Positions 44,729-58,675 are shown, numbered from the stretch's first letter. The stretch: DNA of 64,000 nt from Octopus vulgaris (GCA_951406725.2 OX597819.1:18290001-18354000), one strand, 5' to 3'. Numbers and translations: made by a program. Notes: generated by a model from the sequence alone, not told the origin.

Positions 44729-45491
44729 TGAATATAGATTTATAAAGATACACAGAGAGACAGACAGACAGGCAGACAGAGTGAACTTCTGCTCAGGCAC
44801 ACACACGCACGTGCATAGATATATGATATACAAAAGCATCATCCGATAAGGATGTCCCAGGCACTCGTGTCCCGTAGCCGTTATCTTTAAGTTGGATATC
44901 ACCTATTGATTATCTATTTATCATATCACTTTCTCTATGCAACGCCTTGTCATAATGTATTAAATACTATCCCGCTGTGCACCATGTCGGCTTCGCAAAC
45001 TCAAGTAGAATGTACTCGACCAAACGCATTTACAAAGCATATAATTACTTGTGATTGGTGACGCCATTTTGAGAACGAACGGAAACGGAAAACCTGAAGT
45101 AACTGCGTTTATGATGATTGATTGTAGGGAGTTAAGGAGTGCAGCGTGGGTCATTTCTCTTACTTTTAGCTATGTGCTATGTATATACATTCATATATTC
45201 ATCCATATCCGCTTCAAACCTTTATGTCCATGCATACATGCATGCATACATATATATATATATGCGCATTCAGGTATACACAGTGAAAGTAAGAGTGTGA
45301 CCGATGGAAAAATGTGCATATATATGTATACATGTATGAATATATGTGTGCGTGTATGTACGTGTATATATGTTTACATATATATATGTGTGTGTATACA
45401 TATGCCTCTCTATATATACTTATATATGTGTGTGTGTATGTATATATAAATATATATCAAATATATATATATATATACGTATATTTATATT

Positions 45492-45525
<34 letters not shown>

Positions 45526-45744
45526 CGCACTCACACAAAGAGAAGTAGTGGGGGAAAGACAAATATAGAGAGATGAATAGTTAGTTAGTTAGATAGACAG
45601 ATAAATGGCGCAAATATCCAGATATTGCTTAAATCAAACACCTTCATATTTGTTCTTAAATTTTCACATCCTTGTATTTCTCGCAATTTGCATCGGCTTT
45701 TCGTCATTTTTTCTTTCTTTTCTATATATATATATATATATATT

Positions 45745-46543
45745 TTGCCTACAGGGGTCTAAACACAGAGGGGACAAATGAGGACAGACATAGGGATTAA
45801 ATCGATTACATCGATCTCAGTGCGTACCTATATAATCGCCCCTGAAAGATGAAAGCAAAATCGAACTCAGCAGAATTTGAACTCAGAACGTAACGACAGA
45901 CAAAGTACCGCTAAACATTTCGCCCGGCGTGCTAACGATTCTGCCAGCTCGCCGCCCTGATAATGAAGTTAATATTAACAAGATTATCAATTTTAGAGGG
46001 AGGTACAAGTCGATAAGATCGGCTCTGGTACTTGTCTGTACTTTATTTTTTCGACACCACAAAAGTAATTTAGGCGAGATGTGATACTGTGAGATTTGAA
46101 GCTGTGAGAATTCTAATTTCTACTATAAGCACACGGCCTGAAATTTGGGAGAGGGGGTAAGTCGATTATATCGACCCTAGTGTTTCACTGGTACTTATTT
46201 TATCGACCCGGAAGGGATAAAAGGCAAAGTCAACCTCAGCAGAATTGGAACTCAGAATGCAAAAACAGACGAAATACCGCTATGCATTTCGTCCAGCGTG
46301 TTAACGCTCCTAATTTCTTTATTGCCCACAACGGGCTAAACATAGAAGGGACAAACAAAGACATACAAAGGGATTGAGTTGATTACATCGACCCCAGTGG
46401 GTAACTGGTACTTAATTTAATGACCCCGAAAGGAAGAAAAGGCAAAGTCGACTTTGCGGAATTTGAACTCAGAACGTAACGACAGACGAAATACCGCTAA
46501 GCATTTCGTCCGGCCTGCTAACAATTTTGCCAACTCGCTACCT
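45745..46543 (-). mobile_element. Cluster of 3-4 nested or tandem SINE family C copies
   Basis: Repeated gaatttgaactcagaacgtaac / tatcgaccc motifs at 45745-45957, 46112-46305 and 46310-46543. Confidence 0.85.
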
Positions 46544-46637
46544 TTCTCTGTGTATATATTGAATTATCTATGTTTTAGTTTCTAACTGCTGGTTTTGTGG
46601 TTGATGTTGAGTGCAGTGTAGCTTGGGTTAAAATCCT

Positions 46638-47187
46638 ACTAAAGGGAGACCCAAAGATGAACCGGATCCTCGAAACACACACCATCATTAAAAGTAAACG
46701 GCAACCAAAATCCTTGAAAAGGATTTTAACCCAAGCTACACTGCACTCAACATCAACCACAAAACCAGCAGTTAGAAAATGTGGAAGGCCCAACTGCAGA
46801 ATCTGTGTCATCTTGAAAGAAGGATCAGAATTTATACTGGAACAAGGCCACCAGTTCACCATTAGAACAAACTTCACCTGCGCATCAGAAAACTTAATTT
46901 ACGTCATAACATGCGCAGGCTGCAATAGGCAGTATATAGGACATACAAAAAATAGCTTACGTAACAGGATGGCGGTGCATAAATCACAAATTAGAAACCC
47001 TGATTATCGCAAAATACCGGTCAGCGGACACATAGATAGATGTGCTGGAAATGTAAATCCGAAATTTACAACTAACCCGCTCTATAAATTCAGTGACAAC
47101 GCAACCTTCACACAACGCCAAAATAAAGAACTATATTTCATAAAAAAATTTAGACCAAGTTTAAACACCCTGGGCCAGGAATACTAA
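46638..47187 (+). CDS. GIY-YIG endonuclease C-terminus of a Penelope-like element (RT lost by truncation)
   Basis: KCGRPNCRIC linker Zn motif, NLIYVITCAGCNRQYIGHT, LRNRMAVH, SGH and KELYFIKKFRPSLN; frame open to the stop at 47187. Confidence 0.9.
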
Positions 47188-47357
47188 AACAAAAGATAAG
47201 TCCTCCGAAAAGGAGAAGCAAAATTCCACCACGGCCGCTACCTTAAACAGACACTCGCACTGACGGAAATATGCCTTAGTAAAAAAAGGGAAAAAATTCT
47301 TTCGTGCAAATCTGACCCTGATACATACGATACAGCTAACGGGTCAGACCCGATTCT

Positions 47358-47729
47358 GATTGGTCAACAAATTGATGACGTCTAGTTCTGCTAGAATGGA
47401 CAGGATACAAACAGGGGACAGTCATTAGTCAGAATATTGATGACGTCCTTTTCTGCTTGACTAGTCACCTAACAAGTACAGACAGGGGGCAGATCTAATG
47501 TAGCTATAAGTCGTGATTGGGCAGAATCTGGATGACGTCCCGTTCTGCTTGACTAACGAAGCGACTGGTCAAAACAGGAAACAGACAAGAGGCAGTTATA
47601 ATACAGCGATTGGTCAAAATGATGATGACGTCCCGTTCTGCTTGACTAAAGCCACGTAACGAAACGATTGGTCAAAACGTTGATGACGTCACGCTACGCT
47701 GGACTGACCACCTAACAGACATTATAAAA
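47358..47729 (+). promoter_or_regulatory. Five CCAAT(ATTGG)-12 nt-CRE(TGACGTC) modules followed by a TATA box in the PLE pseudo-LTR
   Basis: GATTGG at 47358, 47515, 47608 and 47666 (variant CATTAG at 47423), each 18 nt before TGACGTC; TATAAAA at 47723. Confidence 0.7.
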
Positions 47730-48063
47730 CCGAGCAATTCACAAGATTCACTAGAACCACCCAGCGAACACCCACCATGGGTCATCACAATTGCTTAAGG
47801 TAAAAATGAATTCCTCGCTCTTTCGGAAACATCAATCTTCTGTATTGACTGCTTTCCACCACTTTGATCTGTTTTTTGTATTGAATACGTATCGCCACCG
47901 TGGGCCACTGCATCGAACACTTTGAACACATAGCATGAATGAACTTACTTCAAACTATATATCAACTATACATGAACTCTAAGATGTCTGACTCCGTTGT
48001 GTATTATAAATGAATTTCTTGTGTTTGACGGCATGAGCTGTCTTTTTTTATATATAACTTTTT

Positions 48064-48100
48064 TTGATAAGGTTCATTTCAGGAACTGAAACATGTTATA
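48064..48100 (+). ncRNA. Degenerate hammerhead motif in the PLE pseudo-LTR
   Basis: TTGATAA (from CTGATGA)-GGTTC-atttcag-GAACT-GAAACATGTT, with palindromic helix III. Confidence 0.45.
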
Positions 48101-48201
48101 ATGTATATATAAAAATTAAAAATTGTATAATATAGCAGCATTTTCGAACTTCATTTTTTACAAATATATACCTACTCGTATACGAGCTAATCCTATTATA
48201 A

Positions 48202-48237
<36 letters not shown>

Positions 48238-50425
48238 ATTTGCTTTGCTGAGATGAGAGAAGTGGAATACAAAGTACTAATTTAGTATGAAGTGATGTAG
48301 TTTATATAGATATTTGTGAAATAATTTTGTAGATGGGAGACAGAAATTGTTGAAAATAGCGAAATTTGAGAGATACGCAACGGTGCCAAAATACTGAGGA
48401 GAGAGCAAAATATTGGGAAGGATTGATAAAAGTTTGAAAGGTAAAGATATTAGATTAAATAAGTGAAGTGTAAATTTATGTTGAACTCCTTAGTTGATAT
48501 GGTGGTTTAGTGATGTGGAAGTGCAAAAGTATTAGAGATGGAAAGAGGGATCAGGAAAAATGTGTTTAACATATACGAGTGAGACGTTGAGACGTTGCGT
48601 AATGAAGAATGGATATAGAGCAGATATTTTATGAATCTCAAAATATGTGAAATGTATGCATGTAGATAGAAATCATGATGTATAGAAATGTGATGCTGAG
48701 CATAATGAAAGAGAGAAACAAACTAGTGATAATTTATTCCAATTCTGGCATAATACCAGCAATTTTATGAGAAAACAGTAAGTCATTTAGATCGATTCCA
48801 TTGTTCAACTGGTACTTCCTTTATCGACTGCGATGGAATGAAAGAGAGAGCCGAAATCTAAACCTGAAGAGCCGAAAGATCGTTGCTAAAGATTTTATCC
48901 GGGGTAGAAATAATCCTGTCACCTATGGTTATTAATTGTTCACACATTTCCGTTTGCATTTTGTAAATTTTCCGTTTGATATTTTTCATCCCAGCATGGC
49001 CACAGCTCATTAGCTGAAACTAGAAAAATCAAATCAAATCATACATAATTACTTTTCTCATTTGATGATTTTCAGCAATTGATATATTTTTCTGCACAAA
49101 ATTTCATGCTCATTACTGGAAGCTATAATATCATCCCTTAAGTAAATTTCTACAACAACCAGGTATTTCCAGCCTGTGTATATAGCCAGTATTGAAGCTT
49201 TCTTCAATCAGTCAATTGATGACACGGAATGAGGAATATCCAAATAGCGACAAAATATGGCACTTTGGATATATTTCCTTGTCTTGACGCGAGTGTGATA
49301 TTTCATAAGGGCGCAGCGTGAAGCATTAAGTTAGATAATATAACATACAAAAGATAGAATGATATATAGAAGGCAAGAACTTAGAAAGGTGTGCAAGTTA
49401 CTACCGAGCAACGCTGATCTCAAAGAAAAGGTGAATCGGAATATTATATGTAAACATGAGAATCAGAACACCACAACCACATCTCCATTAAGGACGAAAT
49501 CAAAAATTGCAGTTATCACCTCCAAATGAGTAAATCGTACGTTCATTAAGATTTTGGCGCGAATATGTCTACGAGCAGATTTCTGCTAACAAGCTGAAAG
49601 AGATAATACTATCAGCTACTAGCACGTCGGAATTTGAGAGACGGCCAAGTGAAAATTCCTCATTTATATCCGATGGTATTATTTATCGTTGAAAAAAAAA
49701 AGAATAGTGAAAAAGCAATATATAAAATTACCAAAATATATAAAGAAATCACACAAGCGGATAAATTTTTTCAAGTGCTATATATTATTTAAAATGTCCC
49801 ACGAGAGAGAAATGAAACTATTCCGAAGCAATATCATTATATCGAATAAAAAAATTGTGCAGAGCGTTAAGAAACGGTGCTGTAGTTATTGCTTAGCTCG
49901 GAAAATATTTAAACAAAAAAAAACTAAACATTTCAGAGTAAATTGGCATATATTGTATTAAGGTTTCAACAAATATTTAAAGTTCTTCCCCAGTAACAAT
50001 GAGATGTTAGGAAATGCAGAACATGCATGATTATACGGATGCAGTATATGTCAATTCTCAAGATCCCTCACTCAATCCTGGGTGTACGTAGTAGCATGTA
50101 TCTGGTCCACATGCGTGTGCTAATATATATATAAAAACGAAACTATTTAGCAACCACGAATTCAATCGGATAAAATGTGAAACACTTCTACAGTGTTTCG
50201 ATTTCAAGAACGAAGACGAAAGATTCGCAGAGAGGTTAGAACTCTTAAATGACAGGCTTGTTCTGTGCATTGCCTACAATATAATCGTTAAATGGGAATA
50301 AATAGACTTTATTTTCACTTCGACTTCATCAGAGAGTCAATAATTGCAAGTACCTAGTTTGAGCAATTACATGTGTGTGTGAGCATGCGTGTGTGTGAGT
50401 GTGTGCGTGCGTGCGTGTATGTATC

Positions 50426-50477
<52 letters not shown>

Positions 50478-50514
50478 TGCAGGTACGACTGTGGTACTGC
50501 GTACGCAGGTACGA

Positions 50515-51184
50515 TAGGATGTGGTGAATATATTGTCTAAATTACGCAAAAATGAAAATAATACAGGTATCTCATTTTAACAGATATATTTACCAAAAAT
50601 TACTTTAAAATATCTTGAAATACTAAAGAGTAAATTTATCAATAAAATCGCCATTGGCTTCAACCACGGCCTCCAGACAAGTTCGGAATCTCCTGGAACT
50701 CTCCTGGGCGTTCTCTTTGTTTAAGTTGGCGAATGCTGCCATGATCTTTGCCTTTAGTTCATATTATGTTGTGAGAATGAGTTTTATTGGTCTCTCGCTC
50801 AATTGTGGGGGTTGCAGTTTGGGTAGTTAGGTGGCTCGATGTTAAGGATGATGTGGTAGCAGAAATCGTCTTAGAGCCATGACTGGATACGTCTGCTTCT
50901 GTGGTATTAAGTGGATGTTTTCCACTCTCGGTACATGTCCTCAGATTGCACAGTTCTGAGTTTGACACCCAACGAATCTGGAATTTTCATATTCGTGATT
51001 CCGGCGCGAATGGCATGTCATTTCCAAATTTCTGGCAGAGGGAATTGCGTCATGGTAACGCTTTTCATACAGCCGGCAACGAAACAACCTTACTATATTT
51101 TGTAGTGGACAAAATCGAAAATAGACAATGCGCATGCGCGAAATAAATCAATCGGACGACAAAATATAAAAATCGCACCCTGAA
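50515..51184 (-). mobile_element. Internally deleted Tc1/mariner-superfamily element remnant
   Basis: Minus: HIILNIEPPNYPNCNP (WPPNSPDLNP-like), IERETNKT and ELKAKIMAAFANLNKE...RRFRTCLEAVVEANGDFIDK; right end reads CAGGGTG. Left edge uncertain. Confidence 0.75.
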
Positions 51185-51199
51185 TATACATATACATAC

Positions 51200-51237
<38 letters not shown>

Positions 51238-52585
51238 ATACATATGTATGTATATATTTATATATATATATACACGCACATATATGTATGTATGCATTCA
51301 TGAAAACAAACACGAGAAGAATATGATTTCATTCATGGTTTCAAATAATTAAGCAAGCTAAACGGATACATTACAGATATGAATATCATTATGATCATAT
51401 CCTATACTGTATTTCGGATCCTGCCAATAACACATGGCACAGGCAGCTGCATACCTGGCAACATCCAGCGTGTGTCTATAACGAGATACGCACATATGCA
51501 TATACATATACATGTACACACACACACACACTCTCTCTCACACACACACGCACACAAATACCCGCATGTATGTATATACATCTATACATATTACCCCTTA
51601 CCCACACATTAGCACATTTATATGAATTACAAGCCAAATTTGCAATACCGACATCCAACACACCGTAAGAAAACCCATGTACACAGCAAGAATGATACAT
51701 CCAACACACCGCATTCATTAATTCATAGAATAAACGCAGTTTTTCCTCCCTTTTTCATTTATTTCTTTTTTATTGGTACGGCAGCCAAATCAAGACACAA
51801 AGTTTTAATTATCAGCTCATCATAACAATTAATCGAACTCCAATAATGCATCATCCCCTCCTAAATGGCAGCAGTAGCGGCTAATCTTATTAAAATAACC
51901 TTAACTCTTATATGGTTTCTGTTCTCATTTACTAAGATGGTGGTTAATTAATTGTATTTCTGCCAAGCAGCTTTCAATACACTTCATTAGGAAGAAACAA
52001 TGTCTGCGAAAACATTTTCTTTTTATATTTATTGCATATATTTAATATACATTCTTCTATCGTGTATATATATATATATATATTACCTGGGTTAAAGTTT
52101 GGATGTTTGTTTGTCACTATATATATATATATATATGTGTGTGTTTGTGTGTGTGTTTGTGTGATGTATATATATATATACATATATGTGCGTATATATG
52201 CTCATGTGTATCTGTACATGTGAATACATCACGAGATGTTCGCGTTTTCGCGTTTATACCGTCAATATTCCAAATCATTTTTTTGTTCCTCGATACTGTA
52301 TTGGAGTGTATAACTCTTTGTGTGTAAATATATATCTACAGGTATTAGAGCGTTTATTTGTGTGTGTACGTGTTTGATGCCAAGCAATTATATTTGGGGG
52401 GAAAAACATTACTTTTAATTGGAAGTTTCCCATCTATATTGAGTTTTGTTCAAAATGCTTTTCTCGTTGACGTTTACGTCCACGCCTGGTTTGTTCTGTT
52501 AGCAATTACCTTCATTATACACGTGTGGTGAGGTAGGGAATAGACGATGCATTTGAATGGTGACGTACATATATACATGTATACA

Positions 52586-52632
<47 letters not shown>

Positions 52633-53021
52633 ATGTATATACGCATTTACGCATATATATAGATGTATATATGTGTGTGTGCATGTACTTATATATGCGT
52701 ATGCATGAATATATTAATGAATGTATAAATATATACGTGCATGCTTAACACACATATATATATATATGTACATATATGGATATATATATATATATGTGTG
52801 TGTGTGTGGATATATGTATATATGGATATATATATATATATATATACACATTTATGTTTATGTATATATATATATATACACTGTGTATGTTTATATATGT
52901 TTGTATCTTTTTCTGTACGAATGTTTTCATTTCTGTCTGTACGTCACTCTTTATATTTTCCAAATACATATTAATATCTATTTTCCTGAACATTCCGTAC
53001 ACATTATTAGCATTCTTATTT

Positions 53022-53135
<114 letters not shown>

Positions 53136-53601
53136 ATTTATTAACATATCAAACACAATGTGCATTGCAACACTCCGATTAGTCTTTTTGACGTTGTTTC
53201 TTTGCTGTAAAATATTGTTAATATCATTTTATATTTGCCGCTTTACACGTAGAATCAGCTGCAGAAACGATTTCTGCATTTGCAGCAGTCTTTATGTGTT
53301 AAAACTATTTGTAAAACAATGGGAATATTTGGCTAGGATGAATAATCATTATATTCAGATGCAATAGTTTCTAATGAAATGTTTTTTTTTCTGGGCATTT
53401 CATTAGACACTGCAGAAGTTTTCGTTGTCGATTTCGAACAACAGCTCTCTGTAACAACTTTGTCAGCGAATTCAGAAATTGTGTGTTTGTGTATATGCGT
53501 ACATTTCGATGTAGAAAGAAGAAAGAGGCAAACAAATGTTATGAGATCAGAGAATAGGACTTATATATTTAAAAAAAAAAAAAATATATATATATATATA
53601 T

Positions 53602-53766
53602 AGGCGCAGGGGTGGATGTGTGGTAAGTAGCTTGCTAACCAACCACATGGTTGCGGGTTCAGTCCCACTGCGTGGCATCTTGGGCAAGTGTCTTCTGTTA
53701 TAGCCCCGGGCCGACCAATGCCTTGTGACTGGATTTGGTAGACGGAAACTGAAAGATGCCTGTCGT

Positions 53767-53811
<45 letters not shown>

Positions 53812-54037
53812 TGCGTGTGTGTGTGTGTGTGTGTCTGTGTTTGTCCCCCTAGCATTGCTTGACAACCGATGCTGGTGTGTTTACGTTCCCGTCACTTAGC
53901 GGTTCGGCAAAAGAGACCGATAGAATAAGTACTGGGCTTACGAAGAATAAGTCCTGGAGTCGATTTGCTCGACAAAAGGTGGTGCTCCAGCATGGCCGCA
54001 GTCAATTGACTGAAACAAGTAAAAGAGTAAAAAGAGA
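53602..54037 (+). mobile_element. SINE family A, full length
   Basis: aggcgcagg...gggttcagtcccactg...(TAAAAGAG)n. Confidence 0.93.
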
Positions 54038-54210
54038 GTGTATATATATATATATATAGCTCTCCCTGTTCTAAACGAACTTACTTATCCAGTCAAGCGG
54101 AAAATACACTCCCTAACTACGCGCTAAAACGCTATTTAAAATATCCACATGACGTCTACTGACCAGCCTGAACAATAAGAATTTTCAACAACACTATTTT
54201 CGAAAATTCT

Positions 54211-54410
54211 AAACATTCACGTGACCTCTTTATTATGGCCAATAAGAAATTTTAGGCGGGACACTAGCCAAATTTTAACTTCTCTGGAGCCTTTTTTCTT
54301 ACCCCAACACCAACTTCCATTCAAACATTCACGTGACCCCTTCATAATGACCAATCAAAATTTTAGGCGCGAAACCAAGCAAATCCCAAACAACTCTGGA
54401 GCCTCTTTTT
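54211..54410 (+). repeat. 112-bp-period tandem duplication with E-box, CCAAT and E2F-like motifs
   Basis: AAACATTCACGTGACC at 54211 and 54323; CCAAT; TTTAGGCG(G/C)GA; CTCTGGAGCCT. Confidence 0.8.
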
Positions 54411-54547
54411 TTCACATATAAGAGACAGACTCTAATCTCTCTTTTATATTTTGATAAGCATAACAAATGCGCAACCGGTAAAAAGAACTTTCACCTAATT
54501 AAATTACTTAAATTACTTCAATTATTTGTCAGCATTTTCTTCATTTC

Positions 54548-54611
<64 letters not shown>

Positions 54612-55434
54612 CATGTGTGTGTGTATAGATAGTGAGATATACATATACAGGTTTCTTTATGTATGTATGTGCATGTATGTATATATGTATACCTGTATGT
54701 TTGCAAAGCAGATTTATGTATATATTGAAAATGTGAACATTTTTTATTTAAGATTTGTCTTTTTATGTTTTGACGTGTATACGTATGAAATCTTTATACC
54801 ACTCCAAAAGTAATACAGAAATTTTAAAATCCTTGCTTATCTCTCTTTCCAAGCTATACCATTGTTATTTTCAGGGTGTGGAGATGTCTTGACTTGTATG
54901 TGTCCCTAATTACTATGGTCGCCTTATATTTATATATATATATATAAATTATCTCGCCGTGAAATTGCCAGGTTTAGAATTTGTTTCCTCTCTCATCTGA
55001 CTTCAAGTTATCATTTGTGTATGTTATATAATAATTGTATTCTGTGTTTTACTTGTCTTCCGCCAAAACCAGTCTCCCATTTCCTTGAAAAATTCTGTAT
55101 AGGAAGCAAATATTTCTGCATATATTTTCCTATAGATATATACTTTTCCTTCTTGTCCATATACTGTTTTAATTTCTTCTTCATTTAAATGCATGGTGAA
55201 CCCACACGAAGATGGTTTATATAATAGCTGAAAGTTCTGAGTTTTGCAACTTTCTGTTTTCCACGCAAACTCTGGTCATTTTGAGGTTCTTCTCAAAAAT
55301 ACAAACCTGTTTTCGGCTGTAAAATGAGAGACATATCTTCCTTTATGTAATTTAATATATTACTAAGGTCGGCTTGATGTGACGTATTTTGTGCTGTACA
55401 ACAGTTCTGTATTCGTAGAGTGCATGAAGTTCAT

Positions 55435-55598
55435 GAGTGGCTGTGTGGTAAGTAGCTTGCTAACCAACCACATGGTTCCGGGTTCAGTCCCACTGCGTGG
55501 CATCTTGGGCAAGTGTCTTCTGCTATAGCCCCGGGCCGACCAATGCCTTGTGAGTGGATTTGGTAGACGGAAACTCAAAGAAGCCTGTCTTATATATG

Positions 55599-55655
<57 letters not shown>

Positions 55656-55866
55656 TTGTGTGTCTGTGTTTGTCCCCTAGCATTGCTTGACAACCGATGC
55701 TGGTGTGTTTACGTCCCCGTCACTTAGCGGTTCGGCAAAAGAGACCGATAGAATAAGTACTGGGCTTACATAGAATAAGTCCTGGGGTCGATTTGCTCGA
55801 CTAAAGGCGGTGCTCCAGCATGGCCGCAGTCAAATGACTGAAACAAGTAAAAGAGAAAGAGAAAGA
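55435..55866 (+). mobile_element. SINE family A
   Basis: Near-identical to 53602 and 56226. Confidence 0.93.
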
Positions 55867-56167
55867 GTACCTAATATCTGTTTAAGAAATGGGCTTATGC
55901 TTACCCTCAACAAGAGAAATATTGTAAACTCTCAATTGGTAAAAAATATTTTTATATTATCAAAATCGCCAATATTTAAAATCATGAAATTTCGAAAAGA
56001 TCTTTTTGGAAATTATGAAAAATGAATAACTTAGATAAACAGTCCATTTCATCACACTGATTTCTAAAGTAATTGATCAAATGGAATTATGTCTTCTTTC
56101 CAGCGATTTAAAACTGTTGTGGCTCCTTCAGAACATGATGCTGCAACATTGCGTCAGGTAGCCGAAT

Positions 56168-56203
<36 letters not shown>

Positions 56204-56225
56204 CTGTGTGTGTATATATATACAC

Positions 56226-56584
56226 AGGAGTGGCTGTGTGGTAAGTAGCTTGCTAACCAGCCACATGGTTCCGGGTTCAGTCCCACTGCGTGGCATCTTG
56301 GGCAAGTGTCTTCTGCTATAGCCTCGGGCCGACCAATGCCTTGTGAGTGGATCTGTGTGTGTATGTGTTTGTGTGCCTGTGTTTGTCCCCCTAGCATTGC
56401 TTGGCAACCGATGCTGGTGTGTTTACGTCCCCGTCACCTAGCGGTTCGGCAAAAGAGACCGATAGAATAAGTACTGGGCTTACAAAGAATAAGTCCCGGG
56501 GTCGATTTGCTCGACTAAAGGCGGTGCTCCAGCATGGCCGTAGTCAAATGACTGAAACAAGTAAAAGAGTAAAAGAGTAAAAGA

Positions 56585-56586
<2 letters not shown>
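56226..56586 (+). mobile_element. SINE family A with internal deletion
   Basis: Lacks the ttggtagacggaaactg...(TA)n segment. Confidence 0.92.
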
Positions 56587-56640
<54 letters not shown>

Positions 56641-57755
56641 ACACAGGCATAGATAATTTGTTAGATATCTATGATTGTACTGATCGTTAAACACATATGA
56701 TTCATTGGCTTGCATTTTCACTTATCATTCATTTAGCCTTTCCATGTTTTCTTTTTACCCTGAAAAGTCTTGACCTTCCAAATGCTGTGCGTCTCCTCTG
56801 GATTGTGTACCCGTTGCACTCACTTTTCAGATGCACCTTATAATTTATATAAGATTTATATAAGATTTTGGTGAAACGTTTTATAGAATTCTTTTGTTAT
56901 TATATTTATATATACTGTCGTCTTCTCCATGATGTTACTTTTAAAGTCCAGTGTGAACATGCATTGTTTTCTTTCTGCATACATATTAAACAGTATTTTT
57001 TTAATCCTATTACGAATATTCCAAGTTTTATAGATATTTGAGGCAAGTTGCTTACATGAGCAACGAATACACACATACACACACACACGTACACATATCT
57101 TCTATCCATAGCTCTTTTGTTTATTTAATATAACATATTTCAATTCAATAGTTCGTTGTTGTAGATTGATGATGAGGCGGTGAGAAAGTGCTGTACATAC
57201 ACGTCCAATGCATTCGTTGAATATTGAAGTTTCCAACAAACTTTCATGTTTCCATCGAAATACATAAATTACGTTAGTCATATGAAGTTTATACAGCAAC
57301 TCACAGCATTGAAGTTTTGTATTTTTATGCTGTGATTTCAATCGTTGTGTCTTTATAATTTATTATTAATGCCAGTTTATGATTGATTGAGCGGCATGCG
57401 TTTTGAAATCCCTTTGATGATTTATGTTGCTGCATGCTTATCTATTGCAGAGCCAGGGTGCATTTCGTTCATGAAATGCATTCTCTCTAATGGCTTGTTT
57501 GTTTCCTACTGCCTGTTGTCTGTTTTATTTTTGTTGTCTTGAATTAGTTTCTGCTTTGCTGCATTGTTTGGTGGACTAATTTATTTCTTTATACATTATA
57601 TTGATTAACGTTTGTTGTTTTTTTCTATTAATTTAGTATTATACAAGTGCCTTTGTGCAAGAGAAATTAAAGCTCTTCTCAGCCGGGATTTTTATAACGG
57701 AGATTTACATACATACACATATACATACAAATATGTATTGTGTATGTATATGTAC

Positions 57756-57834
<79 letters not shown>

Positions 57835-57864
57835 TATTTATATATACATATATATATAAATATA

Positions 57865-57909
<45 letters not shown>

Positions 57910-58379
57910 GTGTGTGCACGTGTTGTGTGCCTATTTGTATATAACAGTAAATTTTATATATATTTATATAGATGTGTGGGTGTGTTTATGTCTGTAAAAC
58001 ACGAATTCATACACATAGAGTGATAGAATGAGTAAGTGGTGATATAGATTGAGATGATAGCTTAAATAATATGCTGCTAACATTACTTGTATGTTGTTAG
58101 ATAAATATGATGATATATGCATACATAGAAAGATGGATGTATATACATCTATATATATATACATATATGCACGCACACACACTTGATATACTTGTAATAG
58201 GTGAGTATTTGTCTCCGACCATGTTTATGATGTGATTCTTTTCTTCATTGTAAAGACTCTATAAAAGATAAGAAGGAAGTTAAGAAAACAAATGATGCAT
58301 GATGGGAAAAGTAATTGGCTTATTCTGGAATTCCTTTATGAAGAATAATAGACCGAGGCTATTGTTCGTTCTATTAATA

Positions 58380-58509
58380 TATTATATTAGTAGCAGTAGC
58401 AATAAAGATATTTATAATACTAATAATAATAATAATAATAGTAATAATAATAATAATGATAATATTAATAATAATAATAATAGTAATAATAATAATAATG
58501 ATAATGATG

Positions 58510-58563
<54 letters not shown>

Positions 58564-58615
58564 TTAATAATAATAATAATAACACCAATAGTAGTAATTG
58601 TAGTAGTAGTTGTAA

Positions 58616-58675
<60 letters not shown>

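Larger units (their letters stand above)
46579..48200 (+). mobile_element. 5'-truncated Penelope-like element (Neptune type) with 5' fold-back inversion and 3' pseudo-LTR
   Basis: GIY-YIG ORF, a 59-bp inverted duplication at the 5' end, and a long non-coding tail with promoter motifs and a degenerate hammerhead, ending in (TA)n. Confidence 0.85.

Noticed and set aside
47358-47700. Repeat-spacer appearance suggesting a CRISPR array
   Set aside because: Eukaryotic context, degenerate units, mutually related spacers and no cas genes; better explained as pLTR subrepeats.
49100-49700. Possible decayed Tc1/mariner remnant
   Set aside because: No TIRs or convincing catalytic motifs could be read.
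58199-58206. Consensus donor AG|GTGAGT
   Set aside because: No good upstream acceptor or exon; an 8-mer like this is expected by chance in 64 kb.
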